From Macrostomum lignano (Eukaryota), in the NCBI GenBank assembly GCA_002269645.1, contig NIVC01000622.1:248001-312000 (forward strand): a stretch of DNA of 64,000 nucleotides, read 5' to 3'. Position numbers and translations under genes: made by a program. Below, one piece after another: positions 55,979-64,000 of this stretch (position 1 is the stretch's first letter; every line of letters starts with the position of its first letter). The notes below the pieces were generated by a model, which saw nothing but the letters and a program-made list of their open reading frames with translations, had not been told where the DNA came from and searched no databases.

Positions 55979-56719
55979 TCAGCCACGCTGGTAGAGAGTC
56001 CAGTCGGGTCCGGTCAGGCTGGCTGGTGGGTAGGCGAACGCCAGCAGGTGGCAGGCGAGCAGCCGCTTGGAGAAAACGGCGGCCTGGCAGTCGGCTCTGG
56101 CGCTGCACTGAAGTAGGCAGTCCGCGTCAGACTGGGCAGCGGCCGGCCAGGCTGAAGTTGAGTCGGAAGTCACCGGAGTACTCGACTGCCGCACCACCGT
56201 GTAGGTGTTGTTGCCCAGACCTTTTAAAAAAAAATAAACTGTTTTGTCTCAGCTTTTATGCATTAATTCAGTGCATGTCACTGAATTCTATTAGGCTGAA
56301 AGGAGGTGCATACCGGTAAAAGTCAGAGCAAACACCGAGTTGCGATAACGTCCTCCGCACATCTTATTTGAGTTTCTAGGGCACTTCATGTTACAGTCGC
56401 TCTCGTTAGCCTTGCCGTACGATCCGTAGGAGTTGCCGCAGAAGCACTGCTTGCTGTACTGCAGCCCGAAGTAGGCAAAGCCGCCAAGAGCGCAGATAGC
56501 GCTACAAAACTCGGGCGACATCTCTCTGTCATTCCACACGCACATGGGATCAGTAACGCTGAACTCTCCAATGCGGCTGGAGTTACTCAGCCCGTTTATG
56601 TCTCTGCTGGCACCCTCTACGTCTACATAGCAGCCCAGATAGGATAAGTGCAACAGCCTGCCAGCGGCGCAGGCCAGGGCGGCGCAGAGCAGAAGCGATA
56701 GGCGAATCGTGCGTTGCAT
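55979..56719 (-). CDS. Secreted WSC + PAN/apple-like protein, copy 5 (exons 56719-56314 and 56220-55979)
   Basis: Leader MQRTIRLSLLLCAALACAAG; YLGCYVD...FCSAICALGGFAYFGLQYSKQCFCGN; phase-1 intron; DCLLQCSARADCQAAVFSKRLLACHLL. Confidence 0.88.
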
Positions 56720-58116
56720 TTTGATTCTTTGCAAGAGTCTAATGTGGCTGCTAATCTAGATTGCAGAAAAGTTGAGACTTAATAGAGGTTAAATACATAC
56801 TGCTTTTTAGTTAGCAGCCAATGGACACGCCATCCAATGACAATGACGGCCTATCACCCGTTTTCACGTCTTTCAAGGCCTATCAACATCGTTCGTCAGG
56901 TTGAGCTCTAAGTCAATAAGTATGGGTTTTAATGTCTGGAACCTAACGAGGCCTGTCAGATGCGTCTCATCAGGGGCATAGCCAGGACTCGTCATTGAGA
57001 GGCTGATATTCTATGCGCATTTTTCTAGTTTTGAATCGCTGTCTAATAAGTTGCTCAACTCGATTGGAAGATTTGAATTTATTTTATTATTTTTTTATTT
57101 TTTTTACATAATTTATCATAAAAATTGTTTCGCCATAGCGAGCGACGTCTGCCTGTCTCCGGTTGAGAGGAAGATGGATGAAGGTTGAAGGGAATGACGA
57201 GGCGAGGGAGCTTCCTTCATCTGGTTCAAGGGGTGTTTCATCGTACATGTACATCGAAGGGGGGCAAAAAACCAATTATTTATCATATACTATGAAGAAC
57301 GACATTGCTCGTATAAACACTGTACAGGCTAGTATTGCCAGTCATTGGGAAGATGGCACTCTATTGGTTACGCCCTCCGTGAACTGTCTCATACGGCAGC
57401 AGGATAAAAAGTCTTTGTTTCATTTGTTGTGCCCAAAAATGACTAATTTATAGATATAAGCGGTAAAGACGCTCCATAGCCCAATCGGCCTTTTTCATCG
57501 TTGACGCAGGCCAACAACTCTCCTTCAATTTCTTCATTTATGATCATCCTGAAAATTTGGATTTCTTCATGCTTCTCTTCGTAGAAGTCAAGCAACTCAG
57601 CAGAAATAAACTCCGACGTGTCTAGAGATGTTTTATTTTCCCCGCCAATTGATTCAGTTGAACAGCCAAGTAAACTATCTTTCTGGTCTCGCAGAATTTA
57701 AACCGCCGCCGTCTGCTCTGGTAGCTCGTTGCGCGAATTGACAGCCTTCTCTCCAGCCGGTGAAACTCCGACAACAATTGCACTCGTGTTCTTCTGCATT
57801 GACACAGATACACCGATGTGTCTCTCCACAGCGGAACTGGAATGTCCAGTCACGCGACATATGTCCGCACGCTGTACACCAGACACGAGTCCTCAGCCGA
57901 CTTCGTTTTGGGGGGTATTCCTTTTTGCGGCTTAGATGGTACTGCAAGCTTTCAATTTAATCATAGATACGGAAATCAGACTTGAGAGACAGAAAGTTTT
58001 TGTCTATGGTCGTCACTCGTTGACATAGCGGAGTTCAATTTAAGCCTGAGGGCATCAATTTGATTATTCTAATCATTTAACGTTAGATATCCAGTGCTAT
58101 AACACAAATCGTTTAC

Positions 58117-59330
58117 CTATCCTTGAGAAAAACTAAAAGTAGAACTACACAATAAACAAATAAACGCTTTTAGCGCTGGGTGTCGTCGAGTCAAAAAAGG
58201 TTTAGAGGACTGGCTGTCCGGCGATGCTGGGTGGAATAAACCCTCAGCATCTGCCGGTACAGCCTCCGAATTTTGCAGTAATTTTGCAGTCTGTAGGACA
58301 AGGATTTGCCACTCTCGTAGCGAATGAGTGTCAGGCGGAGTGTCAAGCTTTTGCAATTGTGGTTGAGCCATCTGGCGTTTGATGGCTGCCTTCAGGCAAG
58401 CGTGCGCGTTTTCCACAGGATTGAGGAATGGCAAGTATGGAGGCAATGTCACCAGGCGCAAAGCGGGCTGAAATTGATCTGGGATATTGTCACTCCATGA
58501 TGAAAACGGGTTCCATAATCAAACAGAACTCCTCGCCATCAGGTACATCACCAGATCGCTTTGCACCAGATCATTGATGAACGTCTGGAACCTGGCTGCC
58601 GTCATAGTCTCTCCGAGTATCGTATGATGTACCACGCCGAGATTAGGTGCAATTGCTTGCACAACGTTCATCTGCACTCCACGTTGCGTGTGAACTTTTG
58701 CGTCTAGGCTGCGACCTTGAGTCCGACGTGTCCAGATGTTAAAACTTGTCTCGTCGATGACAATCAAGTGAATCTCAGGGGACAATCCAGTCAACCTCTG
58801 AGCAAACTCTCAAAATTCGATTCTCTGCAGAATTTCTCGCGATTGGAATTTCGGCATCTCGGCTAAAGCATTTTAGAGTGATGAGCTGCTTGTCCAACAT
58901 TCGGCTTACAGTTGACTCACATACTTGCAACTCCGGATCCGCTTCACGAAGCTTAAGCTTCAGCTAGCAGAGGGTTTTCTTCAATTAATTCCAGTAGGTG
59001 CTGCACATGAGCGTCAGTAAGTTTCACTAGACGAGCACCTTCTCGACAATTAGTCGGTTCCTGCGACCAGTGAGTTCGTACCGCCTTCAAATCGAGCAAA
59101 CAGTACGGACTTTCACCTAAGTAGCCACTGAGAAATTTTCATCGGAACATCGCCGCGCTCTTAGGCGGTGACAATCGGACCGCACTTCTCATCGCTAATC
59201 TTGTTGTACTGAACGCGGTGTACTTAAGCTAGCTGGTCGATGTCGTCATTTGCTGGTCGATGTCGTTATTTGCAGTTTCAAAACTCCACTCACTGCCATC
59301 CTCTTCGAGTAGCTCGTCCAAATTACTCAT
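58117..59330 (-). mobile_element. Decayed Tc1/IS630-like DDE transposase
   Basis: LIVIDETSFN...GRS, TLPPYLPFLNPVE, and an N-terminal HTH-like ...LIEENP...CESTVSRML. Multiple stops and frameshifts. Confidence 0.85.
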
Positions 59331-61184
59331 TTAAAAAAACAGGCCAGGTAAAAACAACTTACGATGACAGTAAAAATGTTCATTGAATACATAGAATGAT
59401 CAAATTGATGTTTGATCTATGCCAACGAGTGTCGACGATAGACAGAAAATTCTCAGTCTCGCAAGTCTGATTTCCGTATCTATGATTAAACTGAAAGCTT
59501 GCAGTAACAACTAGGCCGCAATATTTGGCGTCGGCTACTAAAAAAACTTCTAAAATTCCCATTTTATTAACTTTAATAATAATATGGCGCGCTCTAAATA
59601 ACTACTCCTAGTATAGCGGAGAAAATGTCAGCCGTATTTTATTGTCTGTTTAAATTCATCTGACGTATCTATCTAGTGCACAGAGGCTCCACTGCAGGGC
59701 AATGCCGTCATTCTCTACTATGAGTTGAATTTGCGGCACATAAGTCGTAGTCTTTAGAGCACAGCATTAAAATGAAATTGAAATTCCTGCCATCGGAGGC
59801 TGCGACCAAAGCCACGATCCGTTCTGCAAATTTATGAGCAGCTCATTGCTTCTGTCTCCGTGCTTCTGTCTTCGCTCTCTTGAAGTGCCCAGGTGCTTAA
59901 TTTTTTGGCAGCCTATACTCATTTGAGGGCGTTCGGGGAGCCTTTGTGCTGCTCAGAATCTTTTCAAAGAACTTCTCCCCGTCCTCTTAGCCTGTCTATT
60001 TCTGAGAAGCGTGTGCTTGAATCTAATACAAAATGGCCGATCTCAGCTGAAGCGTAACAATGGCTCTTAGCATGAATGTCTCATCATGAGCTGTAGATAA
60101 AGCATGGAAGAGAAGCTTCCATAAATAGCCCGCGCTGAATGCTCTTCTTGGCTGCAGTCTCATATGAGCTACTGGAAACAAATAGGGGCATCTGTGAGCT
60201 TTGATTGTCTCCATCTCGTTTTCTTTCTAGCTGTCGTAATTGTATCGCATCATAAGTCTGGCAATCATACGGGTGGCTGCTGTTGTGTCTAACTGTCTGG
60301 ACTTGAAACGCATGCACTTCTGACCATCGTGTTTGTCCTGCAGTGTTTTGCCCGATTATTACTCTATTCGTCCCATCTCGCGTTCTAGCAAAAATTTAAA
60401 CTTGAGAACGCCATTATTTCTGATGAAAGACTTATTAGAAATTCACATTGAAGTGATGTTAAATATTTTTTTTCTAATTAGTGTGCTTATATTTGTAATT
60501 TGTATATTTTTACAATATTTCTCACGCTGGAGTCAAGAGTTCTACAGCATTGATAAAAAACTTAGTTTTTAATGATTCATAAACTTTATGCAGCTTGAAT
60601 TTAGGTATCAAATTTTTTAATTTAGGAAACTTGAGAAAGCGGTTTTAACTCCAAGTACAAGCTGCGAGGCGCGAGGCTAAAAGTCTAGAGTGTACATCTA
60701 AAAAATTGTCTTTTAATACAGAGCTGGAAGTATTATATATGGAAAGGGCCGGAAGTGGGACGGATGGAAGGAGTGCACAATGGCCACAGTAGGGAGAGCG
60801 CGGGTGAAACGATGGCTAATCTACAAGAGAAAAAGGTTGAAAATACAAAACAAATTTGAGATAACCACTGAGCTCTCGTTTGATCGCGAGCAGGATGCGA
60901 AAGTAAGACGGCTTGAAGAAAGTCGACATCAAGAATGAAGAGTGCCCCATAGCGGCGCAGTACTTTAATTACTGGCTCACGGGATAGAAGGTAAAGATCA
61001 TTGCGAAAAATTGGAGCGGACCACGATACGAGTATCAAATTAGGCTCAGAAAGCCGTTAGTTCATCATCCGTTCATCAAATCATACCGTGAATTTTATAG
61101 CGACCGTTGATATCAAAATTTGTTTCAAGTGCTTGCTGTCTTCCATTTTAGTCAGTTACTTAGCTCGTTTTGTTAAGTCCGACA

Positions 61185-64000
61185 TTATTCAGATAGGAAC
61201 TCGTGCTGCCACAGCTCCTGTGCTGAGCTTCTGTCCCTGCGGTCCTTGGCGGTGCAGCGGCTGTAGAAATCCCTCAGCTCTGCGGACCGGCCATCTGGAA
61301 GGGCAGGGGCACCGCTGTTAGCGATTCTCAATGCGACTTGATAGATGCTTTGGTTGCCTCTGAAGGGCCTCGCGCCGGAGGCCATCTGGAAGACCGAGCA
61401 GCCGAACGCCCAGATGTCCGACTCTCTGCTGTACTGCACGCTGTCCGACTCTCCCGCTCCGAGCAGCTCTGGTGCCATGAAGTTCAGAGTGCCTTTGGGT
61501 GACTGAGTGGAGGCTGAGATGTGGCTGACTGACTGCTCCAGCTTGATTGACAAACCAAAGTCGATTAGCTTGATGGTTATGTTGTCGGCGCAAATGATGA
61601 TATTGCTGCAGTTTATGTCTCTGTGGATCACGGGTGGCCTCCTATTGTGCATGTAGAGCAGGGCGCTGCAGATCTGCGAGCGGTCGGTCAGTGAGCAGTC
61701 ATCATTCATGGGAGCATGGAACAGAAGCATCAAGGATGCACAATGCTCACCTGCTTGCTGAAGTCTCGAATCTTCAGCTCGTTCAGAGGCCTGTGGTTGA
61801 TAAACCTCTCTAAGGTTTGGCCGTCCAGCAGCTCCATGAACACAACGACTGTGGCGGGCTCCGGCTGAGCGATGTGCAAGAACCTGACGATGTTGGGATG
61901 CCGCAGTCGGCACAGGTTTCTCTCGCTCTCGATAGCTCTGTGGATCTCCTTGCTCACAGAGTGCAGCTCATCACCGAGCTGCACAGGCAGTCTGAGAGTC
62001 TTGGCAGCGCACGTGACGTCAATGTCAGTGATGACTTCATGGACCTCACCGAAGCCTCCGCGACCAATGAATCGAACGACGTCCCAGCGCTCCCGGAATG
62101 GTGAGCTGAGTTAGGTTTGTTAAGGATGTTTGAACTGAAGCAACAAGGAACTATTTTCTGATTTTTCTGTGCTCCCAGCTATTTCTGCCTTAGTTTCCCC
62201 TGCGCGAAAATGCATGCACTCACAGAGATTCCTCGAAGAAAATCAAGTCCTTGAACCTGGAATAAACGAAATAAATGTAGTAACTTATCTTCGTGTCTAC
62301 ATGTAGTATTTTTTAAACCGCAGCTGGTTCATTCAGGAACTGAACTTGTCAAAGCAAACGTGCTTTGGACGCTATACATATTATATAATAATCAGCAAGA
62401 TATGAAATCGGCAGTCAAAGTGTACTGCAAACACCCACAATGCATCTCAATCAAAACTACTCATGCATGCACTTTAAAGTCGGAGTTTCTCCATTCTTCA
62501 TGGAAACTCACCCAAGCAGCAGATCAGCCAGTTCGGTCTTCTCATTCTGTCTGGCCAAATCCAGCGCAGTCTTGCCATCTTTGTTCTTCAGTCTCCAATC
62601 TGACCCGAGTCCAGCAGAACCTGGCTGACTGCAGCGGCGGTGGTGAGGGTCGCGGAAGTGGCTGCCTCCATGAGGGGCGTGGATTCCCAGTGATCTAACG
62701 CGTTGGCGGAGGCTCCAGAGTCCAGCAGAGCGGAGGCTGCGGCAGAATTGCCAGCCTTGGCTGCATGGTGCAGGCAACTGTCAGCCCATCTATCCGCATA
62801 GGTGGGGTCACCCAGCTGCATCAAATGTTTCAACAGAGCCCCATCACCGCTGCTCTGAGCTGCTAGCATCAACGCGGTTTGACACGACAAGTCAGGGAGG
62901 TCGCAACTGCCGCGGGTCGCCGCTCTCTGCAGCCCCGCCGAGTCGTCCGCCTTGGCCAGCCGCTGCAGTTCCTGTCGATCCGCTTCCTCCTGCAAAGGCG
63001 AGCGGGAAATTTGAGCACAGCTGCTCAGTTGCAGCCGCATCGGCACTGCAGATGCCGCTCACCTGGTCTGTCAGGCCGAAGATCATGCCGCTTTTGATAA
63101 CAAACAGTCGCATCTCCCTGCAACAACAAAACAAACTGTAATTTTTTGCCTTTCAATTTATGACAATTAATCATAATTATTTACTACTCATTACCCAATC
63201 TGCAAGCATATGAAGATTCTAAGTGGTTTTCAACCTTCCTCTGCCCTGCGCAGGGCCCTGCTTGGACTCAATCGCAGGGACATCAGGGCGGTGACCATGG
63301 CTCTCTCAGGTCATGGCTGTTTTGCCCGGCATCGATACCTCCAGGGAAAAATCCACAGTGAGGAATGCCCTGTCTGCCTCTCCGATGTCAAGAATGCGGA
63401 GCACTTCATCTATGAATGCCCCGCCTTTACTCAGGACAGGCTCACCTACTTCGGCCCAAACCCGGACCTCTCCGACGTTTTCAGGCCCAAGAATCTCTGC
63501 CAGCTCGTCTGCTACCTAAGGGCTACCGGGCGAGCGACCATCCACCTCCTGGACTCTCCAGAGGGGGACCGCGCTGCGGACAACGGCACCACCGGAACTC
63601 CCTGCGCGACACCGCTGCACTAGCTGCCCGTGGTCGCCAGGGGTTAGTGAAATCGGAGCCCCCTGCTCGATAAGTCAAGTAAGTCAAGTGGTTTTCAACA
63701 ATTAGCATGGCGATAGCGTTTCAGATTTCTCACACGAAGCTTATTAAGCTGTTTCCTTCGAAGCAGCATATACTGGCATTCACGCAAAAAAATAAGTAAT
63801 TTTAGTGATGATTTAACTAATCGACCAGTTTATTGACTGATTCTGGCTTACCCAGCGAATGCGGCAATATTGAGACTAAAATTAAACAAAACTGCTCACT
63901 CACCGCTCGATGTAGCTGGCCAGCTCTGAGTGGCCGCTGAGCCTTGCCAGATCCGAAGCCGTCCGACCCTCGCGATCCTTCAGTCCGAGCAGCCGTGACC
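61185..64000 (-). CDS. Ankyrin-repeat MEKK/STE11-like Ser/Thr kinase, 3' part (exons >64000-63904, 63117-63063, 62989-62512, 62105-61751, 61673-61185)
   Basis: Ankyrin motifs ([26 protein letters not shown]). Kinase motifs [41 protein letters not shown] and DIWAFGC. Splice phases are consistent. One 1-nt frameshift at a G-run near 62600. Confidence 0.88.
63235..63685 (+). mobile_element. 5'-truncated LOA-like LINE in a kinase intron
   Basis: ALSGHGCF...CPVC...EHFIYECP matches the ORF2 C-terminus of the LINE at 15-20 kb. Tail AAGTCAAGTAAGTC. TSD AAGTGGTTTTCAAC at 63221-63234 and 63686-63699. Confidence 0.9.

Noticed and set aside
56835-56975. Hammerhead-like CTGACGA/CTGATGA motifs on the - strand
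   Set aside because: The first has an extra A in the GAAA box and a mismatch at the base of stem I. The second lacks GAAA. Too degenerate to call.

Overview
Eukaryotic (animal) genomic DNA, not prokaryotic. GC-rich exons, GT-AG introns packed with minisatellites and the transposon mix suggest a flatworm such as Macrostomum (inference only). Host genes, left to right: the 3' end of a VPS13A/C-like gene (5 exons, 1-11076); an intronless HPS4-like gene and a Penelope-like element both nested in its 7.5-kb intron; an intronless ankyrin protein with a Lys-rich tail; intronless imidazolonepropionase (AMDHD1/HutI); a 6-exon GATA4/5/6-type factor with an aberrant N-finger; a tandem family of five two-exon secreted WSC+PAN/apple genes plus two orphan PAN exons (37.7-56.7 kb); and the 3' part of an ankyrin-repeat MEKK-like kinase gene. 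Mobile DNA: a full-length R1/LOA-type LINE with a 13-bp TSD and TAATG stop-start coupling, truncated LINE ends, tRNA-derived SINEs sharing a core motif, several MITEs, a decayed Tc1/IS630-like transposase, and minimal hammerhead-ribozyme motifs (one in the Penelope 3' end, one inverted pair at 53 kb). Several reading frames break by 1 nt at short G/C runs, which looks more like assembly error than pseudogenisation. All calls are by eye; no database searches were run.
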